NCBI GenBank assembly: GCA_001724265.1
Contig: MEDY01000073.1
Coordinates: 1 to 64,000, forward strand
Length of the DNA: 64,000 nt
Reading direction: 5' to 3'
Origin: Rhizaria sp. SCN 62-66
Lineage: Eukaryota
Made by a program: the position numbers and the translations under genes. Positions 23,545-34,900 of this stretch are shown here, piece by piece; positions within the stretch are counted from its first letter, which is position 1; every line of letters starts with the position of its first letter. The notes under the pieces are model-generated. The model ran no database searches. It was not told the DNA's origin and was given only the letters and a program-made list of their open reading frames with translations.

Positions 23545-23894
23545 ATGCTGGTAGTCGAGCCCAACATGGCGGCCGCAATGGCCGCAGCGCGGCGGCGGTA
23601 GTCGTCGCTGCCCGGGGCCAGTGTGGGCGAAGGTGCGGGGGCGCTCGCCGCCGAGCTCGCAGCACCAGGGGCGCTCGGTTGGGCCGCGGTCGAGCTGGAG
23701 CCACCGAGGCTGCTGGAGCTCTTGCCGGAGCCCACTGCTGCGGCTGCGGCCGAGGCAAACGCAGACGTCGACATAAAGACAGATGGCTTGCGGGCAGGCG
23801 TCGCAGCGGGCGTTGCGGACGCACGCGGAGGTACGGCAGACGCAGGACCTCCAGAGCCGGGGCTGCTGTGGGGAGGCGTGGGGCGCGAATCCAT
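17443..23894 (-). CDS. TTBK: Tau-tubulin kinase (TTBK)/CK1-family kinase with a long RS/RD-rich, N/G/Y-rich and polyQ N-terminus; frame broken by one missing base at about 21100
   Basis: Kinase motifs IGQGTFAEVY, FALKVE, HAGYLHRDVKPSNFA, LLDLGLAREY, PPRSTADFRGTVMYAS.RAH...DLGRVDDLWSLFY (TTBK signature) and LQFESQPDY. Adding one base in the (CAA)n tract fuses the ORF starting at ATG 23894 to the kinase ORF, giving about 2150 aa. Confidence 0.85.
20998..21122. repeat. Trinucleotide microsatellite (CTG)7(TTG)27 TG (TTG)7, encoding polyQ on the minus strand
   Basis: Directly visible; one truncated unit (TG) at 21100-21101. Confidence 0.97.
22250..22600 (-). repeat. Degenerate hexanucleotide repeats encoding RD/RS dipeptides in the kinase N-terminus
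   Basis: Repeated GACCGC/GACCGT/AGCCGC units on the minus strand, translating as RDRDRGRDRGRDR...RSGRSGRS. Confidence 0.7.
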
Positions 23895-24364
23895 GCCTGT
23901 GATGTGGGGAAAACAACAGTTGGATAAAATGTGAGTCAAATGATAGGAAGTAAGCCAAAGCATTGCACAACAAGGTGTGCGCTGATGAGCTTCAGACATG
24001 ATCGTGACACGTTTAACGTCATGTGAGGTGACCATGATAACATGATGGCGCAGACGCAACGAGTGGTGTTCGCCCGGATGGTTATAGCAGAGCTTAACCA
24101 TGTTCTAGCAATGTATATTTTGAAAAAACGCAGCTTTACTGCAGTCAAAATGCAGAGCAATGCATTACATTACTTTCGACGTTTGATATCACAAGTTAGA
24201 CACTATTAAAGTTGACGCTATCGACCTAGCCAGACTGCCGTGCGGCAGCGCAGCAGCGACTCATGGTGCCATGCAAATCTGTTTACCTTTTGGTATTTAA
24301 GTTGCTAGGACTTCCGTCAATAGACTTTCGCAGCCTTCCACGTGAATCAAGGCGTGTTTTAAAC

Positions 24365-26389
24365 ATGATACCACGTTTAAACTTTACTAAGTCCTTGGTA
24401 TCTCGTAGTTATGCACATGCTTGTGCCACCACTATCGTATCCATCGCTTCGTCTTCCATCTCTCGCCAGCGCCAGCTGCGCACCACCACGACCCCTGGTA
24501 GGGATATCGCTTTCTCTACTCTGGCGCGCACACCAATAGTATGCGACACGACCAATGCCAGCGATTTAAGCAGAATTCCCCTCTCTCAGCGCCAGCTCCC
24601 CCGCACCTCGAAGCTCCTGCCCTTCGCCACGCCCCCGATGTGCTTCCCCCGCTCTCTGTTCACCACCATGACCAACGCTGCAACCTTGACCGCGTCATGC
24701 GACGATGCTGACGACGATATCTTGCCCGAGCACCCACCGGATGACCCCGAGGTGCGCGCCGCGGCCGACGCCGCCGTGCACACCATCCTGCGCTCGTCGC
24801 TGCGCCTCCCCGCGCGCTCCTCCGCATTGTATCTGCTCTACGACGCGCACTCGCCACCCGCGCGCGCGCTCGCCCGCGCCTACGCGCGCGCGCCCGCGCG
24901 GGGCCTGGTGGCGTCCGCGCGCGCGGCTTGCGTGCCCACGTGGGAGACGCGCTGCCCGCCGGGCCTCGCCGCGGCCGCGCTGCAGCAAGATGTCTTTGCG
25001 CATGTGAGGCCCGACGACGCCGTGGTGCTCGTGCAGTCGGACGCCTTCCGGCTCGACTCATACCGCTTCCGCCTGCGGCTGTTCGAGCGCGGCGTCAAGA
25101 CCGCCGAGCATGCGCACCTCGCGCTCAACCGGCCGCACGCGTACGTCCCGCTCAACGCCGACAACGGTGCACTCGCGCTGCGGTCGCCGCGCACGGCGGT
25201 CGCCGCCGCTGCAGCCGAGCCACACGCACAGAGCGCAGACCCACAGAGCACAGCCACGCAGAGCGCAGACGCGCTGCCGCTCCCTGCGCAGCGTTCAGAG
25301 CAGTGCGCAGAGACGCGTGCGCAGACGCTTGCGTACCTTCGCGCGTGCGCCGTGCCGCCCGTGGCGCTGGCGGTCGAGGCCGCGCAGCTCAAGCGCGCGC
25401 TCGACCGCGGCGCGCGCGTTGTTGTGCGCTCCATCAGCGGCCGCGGCGGCGACGGCGACGGCGATGGCGGCGGGCAGGAGCACGGCGAAGGACTACTCGT
25501 GTACGAGGCACCCGAAGCGAGCGCCAGCGCCAGCGCCCACGGGAGTTCGAGTAACGGCAGAAATAATGACGTCAACTCTGGATTTGTGTTGATGCGCGAC
25601 ATCGCGGCCTCTGCTGGAGCCGCCGCAACGGCATCTGCTGCGACTCGTTCCGGTAGCATAAGCGCTTCGATCACTGATGGTGAGGTCGTCGCTGCCGGGC
25701 AGAGCAGCCTTGCGCTTGAGGAGTCGCTCATTAACACGGGCTATTATCCACTTACACTGCCCTCGTGGTACTTAGACGACGTTGAAGCGTCCTTCTACCC
25801 CGACAGCAGCACGGCGACTGCAGCGGCCCGCGCCCCGTCTGCGTCGGCACGCGCGCCGTCGCCCGCCCCCGTCGTCGCCACAGCGAGCCACGTGGGCGGC
25901 GGCTACCCCGTCGGCGAGGTTTTCTCCGAGGCGCGCGCGCTGCCCTGTGTGTCGGGGCTCGTTTATATCAACGGCTTCCCGTGTCTGGACCGCATCGTGC
26001 GCTCCTGCGCGCCGTTCCCGCTGCGGATCGCGGCCGGGCGAGTCACCGCCGTCTCCGCGCGCGCGCCCGCGGCATTCCTGGACGTGCTGCGCGCGGTGTT
26101 TCGTGACGAGGGCGGCGAACTGTGGGTGCGTGAGCTGGGCCTGGGGCTCAACGGCGAGATGGCCTTCGCGCCCGCCGAGCGCCGCGTCAACGGGCTGCTC
26201 GCTTTCGAGCGCATGCGCGGCGTGCACCTCTCCATCGGGAAGAAACACACCGTCTACAGCAAGGGCGACATGTCGCGCAAGCACGCGCAGGCGCGGTACC
26301 ACATCGACGTGTTCGTGGCCGCCACGGCCGTCGAGGTCGACGGCGTCGTGCGCGCCACCTTCGAGCCCTCACTCACCGGCGAGCTCTGA
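24365..26389 (+). CDS. Uncharacterised aminopeptidase T / peptidase M29-like protein, possible mitochondrial presequence, intronless
   Basis: Conserved blocks VVLVQSDAFRLDSYRFRLRLFERGVKTAEHAHL, VGGGYPVGEVFSEA, WVRELGLGLN, FERMRGVHLSIGKKH and YHIDVFV resemble the M29 metal-ligand pattern (GEVF, E.G.G.N, E...G..H...G, H.D). Start at ATG 24365 or 24263. Confidence 0.65.
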   Translation: MIPRLNFTKSLVSRSYAHACATTIVSIASSSISRQRQLRTTTTPGRDIAFSTLARTPIVCDTTNASDLSRIPLSQRQLPRTSKLLPFATPPMCFPRSLFTTMTNAATLTASCDDADDDILPEHPPDDPEVRAAADAAVHTILRSSLRLPARSSALYLLYDAHSPPARALARAYARAPARGLVASARAACVPTWETRCPPGLAAAALQQDVFAHVRPDDAVVLVQSDAFRLDSYRFRLRLFERGVKTAEHAHLALNRPHAYVPLNADNGALALRSPRTAVAAAAAEPHAQSADPQSTATQSADALPLPAQRSEQCAETRAQTLAYLRACAVPPVALAVEAAQLKRALDRGARVVVRSISGRGGDGDGDGGGQEHGEGLLVYEAPEASASASAHGSSSNGRNNDVNSGFVLMRDIAASAGAAATASAATRSGSISASITDGEVVAAGQSSLALEESLINTGYYPLTLPSWYLDDVEASFYPDSSTATAAARAPSASARAPSPAPVVATASHVGGGYPVGEVFSEARALPCVSGLVYINGFPCLDRIVRSCAPFPLRIAAGRVTAVSARAPAAFLDVLRAVFRDEGGELWVRELGLGLNGEMAFAPAERRVNGLLAFERMRGVHLSIGKKHTVYSKGDMSRKHAQARYHIDVFVAATAVEVDGVVRATFEPSLTGEL

Positions 26390-26653
26390 GGGGAGGGCGA
26401 GCGGGTCAGCGAAGCGCAGCTACTTAGTTATTTATTGCAAGATGTCAAACAGATATTTAGTCTTTATTCAAATAAACAATTATGATTCGAAAGTAGAGGA
26501 AATGTTACACCTGTCAACATGTTATATCGAGGCCATTCGTCCAAGTCAGAAACATGCAGTGGTCACTTGTAACCACCAGAGACATATGCGAAACACACCA
26601 ACAGTTAAGGTGACGCCGGCTGTTCTGCGTTGCTGAAAGACCGTGTGCTTGCT

Positions 26654-27409
26654 TCACTTGCGCTGACGCGCGGCGAAAGCAGTGTCGAAAAAGGCTGCGG
26701 CGTCGAAGTCGTTCTGTGACACGCCGGCGCAATCGTGCGTCGTGAAGGTCACGTCCACGCGGTTGTACACGTTAAACCACTCGGGGTGGTGGTTCATCTG
26801 CGAGAAGGGCAACGTCATGCAGTTGGCGCAGATGAGCAACGCAGTGAGGACAACGTCGTGTGGAGGCACAGATAGTGAGGAAAAGGATAGGATGCCATGA
26901 GAAAGAAGAGTATGGTCATGATTAGAAGCACGACATCGAGATATCACCACGATACGTGACATTATCTATAAAATACATGCATAATTTATACAAGACATGC
27001 CGTTTTGTAGCACATACCTTGTCGCACTTGACGCCGGTCTCGACCATGAAGCCGAGGGCCTCAGAGAAGTCGGCGAAGACGAAGCGGCGCGAGATGAGGT
27101 CACGAGACTCAGAGCTCTACATACACAAAAGAATTCACACGGGGGCACATGTGAGCGTGAAGACATACTCTTAGGTAATCATTATGTAGCGTGGTAGTGT
27201 CGATTGATACAACAATGATGGTTGAACAAACAACGAAGACGTACGAACTTCCACTCGGGCACATCCGCAAGCTTAACCTTAATCTGGTCATGGGTAAGCT
27301 TAACAGGAACAGAAGAGGACATGGGCGCAGCAGGAGTCGTGATTGTAGTCAGGGAATGAAACGGCGTGCGGGTAGAGCTGGTGACACGAGAGACCGCACG
27401 ACGGAGCAT
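26654..27409 (-). CDS. PCBD: Pterin-4-alpha-carbinolamine dehydratase, 135 aa, mitochondrial-type presequence, 3 exons (27409-27245, 27116-27018, 26797-26654)
   Basis: Spliced product ...VPEWKF|SSESRDLISRRFVFADFSEALGFMVETGVKCDK|MNHHPEWFNVYNRVDVTFTTHDCAGVSQND contains the catalytic HHPEW and THD motifs. Both introns are phase 0. Confidence 0.95.
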
Positions 27410-28419
27410 TGCTGTGGTGCAAGACGAGAGGGACAGCGGGATTTCGAAAGTAATATGAGTGATGTGAGAATGAAAATTATATATTTGACATTTTGCGCTA
27501 TATTAATGTCACATTGTGCACAAAGCATAGGGTTAACGATCAAATTAACGAGATATTTGCCTTTTTGACAGCCGGATTTTGACCTCGATATTTTTTAGAT
27601 CTCGCTTGCGCTCAGCCACCAGTCACTGGTCATCTGCTCATAGCGAAACATCATGAATCAACTTAAAACAAACATATCTGGATTTTTCGTAGCATCATAA
27701 GATTTCGAACATTATGTACTTCAATATACATCTGTTTCGCAAACGAACTCGCAGGCATACACCCTGTATCCGCTGAATTCATGTTATGGTGACTGCCCAT
27801 TATCGAAGATCACATGAATAACAACTTCGTGATCTTCATAAATATGCGTATTTTCGTGTTGAATTCTTATACGCACAAGCAATACATACTGTATGACATC
27901 CTTTGACTTTCATCATCGTCTCTCAGTCTGCGACGGCTCTCTAACTTTTGTTGTTGCTGTGCCCTGCGTTTTTTCAAGTGCACTTGAAATGAACCCTCAT
28001 ACTGCGCCGTTGTCTTATCGTTAAAAGAGATACAACTAACGAAAAGAAAACATTGTTTGCTAGTTAGTTGTTTTGATTTTGCGTTTGTTTACGTAGCGGT
28101 TAGCTGTATGAAGAAATATGTGTTGTGACTTTGAGCAACTGCGAAGTGCAATTTTCAGCATGGCGTTTGTTTGAAAGGTCGTTTATCTACTTGAATATGT
28201 GATTGAATTATACTTTGTTCAATTATTTTGCTAATATTCGTTAACAACACTTGAATCAATAGCATTTTTGCTTTATCTGCCTTCTGAACGTTGATATCAA
28301 TCAACAATTTAAGTATAGCTGCGGCAAAACACTTCTTCACCGCCACTTCCGTACAGTTTGTCGCTTCGCGCGACCACTCAGCATTTCAAGCGCACAAAAA
28401 CTCGATTCTTGCGCTTTCC

Positions 28420-31400
28420 ATGCAAAGTAATAGCACGCGGCAGCATCCGCCCCCACAAATCAATGAACTCTCATCTCCAGGCGCCTCCAATCATGGACAA
28501 CATGCCCTGAATGTCCCCGACGCATACATCGCACAGCAACATGGCAGCAACACAAACGCACACCAGCCGGGCTACCTGCACTCACCACGCGAGCCTCAAA
28601 GCAAGACGCACGACTTTTCCACAGCCCCCTATAGTAACACCAACACCACCAGTCACAGCATCTTGGACGCCACAGTGCTCTCATCCCCCAACGACGCGCT
28701 CCAAACAGGGCATGATACATTCAGTGCGTTTGTGCTTGGTAGCAACGGCTTAAACAGCCCAACTTCTGGTCCAGTTGCAGGGTTTGTGTCTCCAACATCT
28801 GCCACTGCAGCTGTTGCTCGTTCCTCGGTCGCTACAAGCGGGTTTGGAGCGCCACCACTGACTGCGTTGTCATCCGCGCTGTCATTTGGCCCCACAGGCT
28901 TTCTGCCGCTGGCACTTACTGGAAGCGCCGCTGCACATGTCAACGTCAATCCGAGCACACTTGCAGCAAACACCCCGGCAGCTGGGTCCAGCGGGTTTAC
29001 TGTCAGAGCCACTGCAGCTGGTGTACGTGCACACGGGGCCCAGGACGAGTATCCGTCTCCATTCTCGCATCACGGCTTGACCTCGCCTCGCGAGATTACT
29101 GCCTCGCTTGGGCTAACATCCCAGTTTAGCGCCACTATGGGCACGCGTGGCGCTGGGCTGAGGTCACCCGCTGCATCAGGCTTGGCGTTACCCGCTGGCA
29201 TAAACGTGAGCACACCTCTTAACGGACTTAGTGGCAGTGGGAGACCGATCACTCGCCCCATGATCCCGCTCATCGCCGGCAGTCGCAGCAACAATGCAAG
29301 TAGTAGTCAGGCATTTGGTCCGGGTTTTGGTACGGTACTGCAGACAACAGCAAACGTTGGATTGGCGCTGAACCTTTTTAGCGACGCGACCCATCGCTCT
29401 CCAGTCGCCAACCAAAACAACGCGAATACGTCAGCCGCTCATGCTACAGTGCCAGTCGGCACCAGCAGTGCGTGGCACAACGTCACCACGCAAAGCAAGC
29501 GCCCTGGCAACCATCAAGCGGACTGCAATGAGAGCGATACCAATGACACTGCTGACGATGAAAGCAGTGATAGCGCATCCGACAACCGCGTTCGGTACAT
29601 TGGGACTCACAGTCACATGTACCACGACCGTGCCCGCGCGCGCCGCGCCAGCGACTGCAGTAGCAACAGCAGCAGCAGCAGCCACAGTAGTCGCAGTAGT
29701 AGTGTTGTTTGTAGAGGTCGTAACGGCGACACTGTCGGTGGACTCACTGGCGGTCATGTGGCATTATCCGGGACTGTTGCCGCTGACGCTACTGGTGCTC
29801 TTGGAGCAAGCGGCGTTAAAGGGAGTTGGAGCCATGAGTCGCCATCCCAGCGCACCAGCCAAACGGGTGCGGCAGTCACTAAAAGTACTGTAAACAGTGA
29901 CGACGATAGCGATGACAGCTGTAGCACTGGGGACAACGATGACAAGTATGACGATGACGTCTCTCTGAGCGACGCCAATGCAGGTAACGACAGCCACACT
30001 TTTATGGCTACAGCCGCCACAGCAATTACATCTCAAGGCTGTCTGCTACAGCGCCCGCAGCCCAGTGGACACCCGTACGCCGGTCTGCGTGGCGCTAACG
30101 TGACATCAAACGCAGCGACAAACGTGGCTGTTGAGGATGTCATGCGTGCTGCACACGCTGCATCAGCAACTGGTGGTGGTCGTGCTGTTCACAATGTGGT
30201 CGCTAATCACCCAATGATCGATAACGACGACGCCAGTGCCGAACAGTACTCTCAGCCGCCGCCGCTGGCTGAGAAACAGCAGTATCATCAGCAACAACAA
30301 CAGAGGCATCCTCAGCTTCGAACCAGTGCTCGTCACCGCCTAATTACAGAGCAGCGTGCACAAGCTGCCAATACCACTGCTCAAGCAGCCGCTTCCGCGC
30401 GCTCAGCAGTCATGCCAAGTAACACTAGTCGAAGCAGTGGTGGCATGCCCGCTGCTCGCGCTGCAATCGTTAGTACGGACTATGGCAACAACAGCTTTGC
30501 AGCTGCATACACCATGACATCCGCTCTTCCCCAATTGCTATCAAGCGCCGGGGCAACAGCCTCTGCTACTGGCGGCGCAAACGATCACGGAGAGCGTTCT
30601 GCCGTAGTGACCAGTCCGTTTACCGGTCCTGATGGTGCCGCACTGTCGTCCGACGATGCCGCAATCTTGCAATTGTTGCCGAGTCAGCGCCTTCCGGTTC
30701 CCAACACTCGATATTATGTGTGCTCGCGCACGCTTGACGTTTGCGAGCCCCAAGCCGACGGCTCCTCGCGTGTCATCACATCACTTACGGCGTCCGAGCT
30801 CAGTGCGGTAAAGAAGGTTCAGCGGCTGGCCCGCAATAGGGCATCTGCACACCTCTCCCGCGCACGGCGGAAGAACTACGTCTCGTTCCTTGAGCAGCAG
30901 TTGCGTGAGTCGATCGAGAAAGCTGAGCGACTAGAGTCTGAGGTGCTCGCTCTTCGGTCTGCCGCAGCGGCGACGGCGGCGGCTCAGGCGCAGGGCCAGA
31001 CATTGGTTCACGCAGCTGCTGGACAGTTTGGGCATGACAACGCTGTCGCCGCTCAAGGTGCAAACGCGGGTCCTGGCGTAAGCATTAGACGCTTATGCAG
31101 CACAAATGGAGCTATTCGGGGCCCGCGTGGCTTACCCGGATATAACCAAACGCAGCGCCATAGTTATGTGGACAACAATAACGACACAGGCGGGTCTGAA
31201 TACGCTATGGTTCATGCGTCTGCAAACCAAGCACCTGTTGTTCATGATCACTACACTGCTGCACACCACAGTAGCTCAACATACAATCGCGCGTCAACTG
31301 CAGGGGTCTACGGGTTTTACCACGGCAATAACGGCGACGACCACGGCGACGACAACGATACGGACGATGCCGCTGCAGCCCACTACGCACAGTCACATAC

Positions 31401-31644
31401 ACATGCACCACAGTCACAGTTTCAATCAAGTGCATTCGTTCCCACTTACAACACCAACACCAGCGTCAGCAGCTACCCGCACTCACACGGTGCATACATA
31501 TACAATGACACAACCTCTGGTGCGATCGCGAAGTCCGTTACTGTCAACGGCGCTGCCGCTGCAGCTGCAGACGCGATCACGACGCATGGCGGCGAAAACT
31601 GCGCACTATCTGGGTACATGAGTCATGCAGCACCGCAAGGGTGA
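28420..31644 (+). CDS. bZIP transcription factor with long disordered regions, single exon
   Basis: Basic region plus zipper KKVQRLARNRASAHLSRARRKNYVSFLEQQLRESIEKAERLESEVLALR (N-x7-R, Leu heptads) at about 30810-30960. First ATG of the ORF is at 28420. Confidence 0.85.
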   Translation: MQSNSTRQHPPPQINELSSPGASNHGQHALNVPDAYIAQQHGSNTNAHQPGYLHSPREPQSKTHDFSTAPYSNTNTTSHSILDATVLSSPNDALQTGHDTFSAFVLGSNGLNSPTSGPVAGFVSPTSATAAVARSSVATSGFGAPPLTALSSALSFGPTGFLPLALTGSAAAHVNVNPSTLAANTPAAGSSGFTVRATAAGVRAHGAQDEYPSPFSHHGLTSPREITASLGLTSQFSATMGTRGAGLRSPAASGLALPAGINVSTPLNGLSGSGRPITRPMIPLIAGSRSNNASSSQAFGPGFGTVLQTTANVGLALNLFSDATHRSPVANQNNANTSAAHATVPVGTSSAWHNVTTQSKRPGNHQADCNESDTNDTADDESSDSASDNRVRYIGTHSHMYHDRARARRASDCSSNSSSSSHSSRSSSVVCRGRNGDTVGGLTGGHVALSGTVAADATGALGASGVKGSWSHESPSQRTSQTGAAVTKSTVNSDDDSDDSCSTGDNDDKYDDDVSLSDANAGNDSHTFMATAATAITSQGCLLQRPQPSGHPYAGLRGANVTSNAATNVAVEDVMRAAHAASATGGGRAVHNVVANHPMIDNDDASAEQYSQPPPLAEKQQYHQQQQQRHPQLRTSARHRLITEQRAQAANTTAQAAASARSAVMPSNTSRSSGGMPAARAAIVSTDYGNNSFAAAYTMTSALPQLLSSAGATASATGGANDHGERSAVVTSPFTGPDGAALSSDDAAILQLLPSQRLPVPNTRYYVCSRTLDVCEPQADGSSRVITSLTASELSAVKKVQRLARNRASAHLSRARRKNYVSFLEQQLRESIEKAERLESEVLALRSAAAATAAAQAQGQTLVHAAAGQFGHDNAVAAQGANAGPGVSIRRLCSTNGAIRGPRGLPGYNQTQRHSYVDNNNDTGGSEYAMVHASANQAPVVHDHYTAAHHSSSTYNRASTAGVYGFYHGNNGDDHGDDNDTDDAAAAHYAQSHTHAPQSQFQSSAFVPTYNTNTSVSSYPHSHGAYIYNDTTSGAIAKSVTVNGAAAAAADAITTHGGENCALSGYMSHAAPQG

Positions 31645-31974
31645 TACTTATGTAACTTTGATGCCTGCCACCAAAGAAAAGAAGAATGCAAACAAACGCT
31701 CCGAGTGTATTGTGTGCGTGCTTCGTCAGCAAGCAACGTGCATCACGAACATTATGATCGATACGATAAACACGCATCACAAGAAGAATGAAATAAAACC
31801 AATAACAACGAAATAAAACATACGAATATCATAACCCTACAAACATCACACGAAAGACAATACACCACACATACTCTTCCGTGTTTCTCATGTTTGACAT
31901 ACAAAATAACTTTAATAACAACGAAACTCCACAGTCATCCGGATTCATCAGAGTCTTGACTTGCACGAGTGCAT

Positions 31975-34900
31975 TTAGAAGTTAAAGTCAAAGACGGGCG
32001 CCTCGGGGATGTCGGTGAGCGACGCGCGCGCACCGCCGCCGACTGCCGCGGCGGGCGTGGCCATGACCGGTGCGGCAGCCACGGGGGACGCGACGGAGCT
32101 GGCGCCGGCGTCGGCGCCCGCGCCGGAGGCGGCCGCGGAGGCCGAGGCGGAGGAGGACGTGGTGGAGGACCCGTCGACGCCAACCTCGGTGGTGTCGCGG
32201 CGTGTTGAGTCGCGGAAGAAGACGCGCGCGCCGGTGAAGGAGAAGGACAGGAGCTCGAACTCAACGAGCACGGCCTCGATGCGCTTGATCGACAGCTGCG
32301 CATGCTCGACGTCGAAGGCCTTGTTGCGCGCGCGCTGCGCCGCGGTGATGTCGGCCTCGAGCGCGGCCTTCTGCGCCGTGAGCGCGTTGTGAGCGGACTC
32401 GAACCAATGCAGCGAGTCGAACTCGGCGTCCTGGTCGAGCAGGCGCAGGATGTAGGCGACACCGAGGGCGAAACCGTCGTCGGTGAAGCCGGCCTCGTTG
32501 CGGCCCGAGCGCTTGTGCAGCTTTTCCTTCTTACCCAGCATGGCCTCGACGAAAGAGATCGTCACGGCGGGCACGATAGCGTAGAAGGAGCGCACGTGAA
32601 GCTGGTCGTCGCCGCGGAAGACCTGGGAGAAGACCTCGACGAGCATGAGGAAGTACTCGGAGCCGACCGAGGCGTTGTCGATGAGGTCCGTCACCACGGC
32701 GTCAAAGTTGGCCGCCGCGGCGACGGTGTCGGCCGACAGGCGCGAGGCCTCGGCGAGCGGCTTGACCTCGGTGTTCTGCGTCAGGTCAGGAATAAACTGC
32801 AGCGCAGAGGAGCCGTAGTGGAGCCCACCGGAGCGGACCATGCGGACGTAGCCCATGGCGTTGCCGATCTCGGTGATTTGCTGGCGGAACTGGTCCAGGT
32901 ATGTCACACCGGCCTCGGTCACGCCGTGCTTGCGCATGTCGCGGATGAACCGCTCGGCCTGCGCGTATGGGTAGTGGTTGTCCTTGGTGTCGATGCGGTG
33001 CTGGCGGAAGGCGCGGATGTCGCGCAGCAGCGGCGACTTGACGTGGTCGTCGAAAAGGAACTCGCTGAAGAGCAGGAACTTGCGGTACAGGAACTGGTAC
33101 GTGATGTTGACCGTGGTGTTCATGATACCCGTGCCATGCGTGCGGATCGAGGCCGCGATGTGGGCGACATCGATGACGTTGAGGTGCTTCTGGTCCACGG
33201 CACGCTCGATGAAGACCTGCGTGTTCATGTTGTAGTTGTAGCGCGCGACGAAGATGTGCACGTTGCGCATGATCTCGAGCACGTCGAGCGACTCGGAGTA
33301 GTGCGCCGCGCCGGGCAGGTGCGTGTCGCCGAGGTTGAGGCCGAACTTCTCGCGGGCCAAAGCGCGCATGTCGGCGTACGTCTTGGAGTCGTGCAGCGCG
33401 ACCGTGTTGTGGTCGTAGAAGACGGCGTCGAGATAGCGCGTGACCTGCTCCTTGACGTCGATGAGCTTGCCGAACACGCGCACAGGCTTGATGTCCAGCA
33501 CCTTGGTCCAATCCTTGCCCTCGGTCTGCTGCCGCAGCGACTCCTGCTGCAGCACCACTGAGTGGAGGTCCAGACGCAGGTCCGTTTCGATTTGCCGTGC
33601 CAGGGGCGTGATGAAGCCGTCGCGGAACGAATCGTTGGCCTCGCGCTCGTAGGCCGCCACCAGCGCCGCACCCTGCGCCGGGGTCACCGAGGACGCCGCC
33701 AGGAAGCGGGAGCAGTCGCGGAGCGCGGAGAAGACGTACTGGAGGCGCGAGGCGTGCTCGGGCGGGGAGTTGAAGAGGTCCTTGATGATGGCGGGGACGA
33801 GGTTGGAGACCCAGTACATGAAGGAGCAGTCGCAGTTGGCGGCGAGCTGATGCTGGAACGACGACAGACGCTCGATCTTCCAGACCTGGTAGCGCACTTC
33901 CTCCTCGAAGTTGGTCTTGAGCAGCATCTTGATCTGCGACGTCGCCAGAGCGAGCTGCAACACGGCCTTGCGTGCGGGCGAAGGCGGCAGCTCGAGCATG
34001 TCGAGTGACAGCGACAGAGCGGCGAAGACGTCGGCCTTGGTGTCATTGAGCTTGCTCTGCGACGGGTCGCGCTTCTCCAGCTTGGCGCGCAGCGGGCGCA
34101 GGATCTTCTTGAGGGTGAAGGCGGCCTGTCCCAGCATCTGGTTGATGTTGTCCGCGATCATCGCAGTGCGGCGGCGGTACGTGTGCTGGATCGACTTAAG
34201 CAGCTCGACGCACATGGCCAGCGCGCGCACGTTCTTGAGCTGGAATGGCACGGCCAGTGACAGGTGCATGTGGATCGACGTCAGCACCATGTTGCGGATC
34301 TGGTTCGCCAACAGCACGCCGTGCAACAGCAGCTTGGCGCGCGCGTTAAGGAGCGCGCCTGCGTTGTGCTCCTGCGACGCCAACAGCTCCGACTCCATGC
34401 GCACCATCCACACGCACATCTGCAAGTACAGCTCGTGCGTCTTGCCCGCGAACTCCTCATCCAGCGTCGCCAGGAACGCGCGGCGCGACGCCACCACGGC
34501 GTTCGCCGCCGGCTTCAGCGACACTGACTCGGGCACAGGTGCGTAGGTCGCCAAGAAGTCGGCGATGAACCACACAGCGCGGCCGTGCAAAACCACGATT
34601 GGGACTACAATATTGACGGGAAAAGCAAGCGTAAAAGAGAAACAGCGTAAGATTTGAAGGAAAAACAACTACAATACGACACACATCATAGAATACATTT
34701 TTTCTTTTGTTTCGAACACATAACGTACTCTTGGTCTGGAACTCCCAAAGGAGCTTGAAGAGCTTGGGGTCAAGCTTGACGGTGGACTTGAAGACGGCAC
34801 GGTAGAGCGCGTAGAGCGCGGTGAGGTCGACAAACTTGACACGCTCGTACGTCTCCATCTCCTCGCCCAGTCCGGCCTTGAGCCGCAGCATGAAGCGCGC

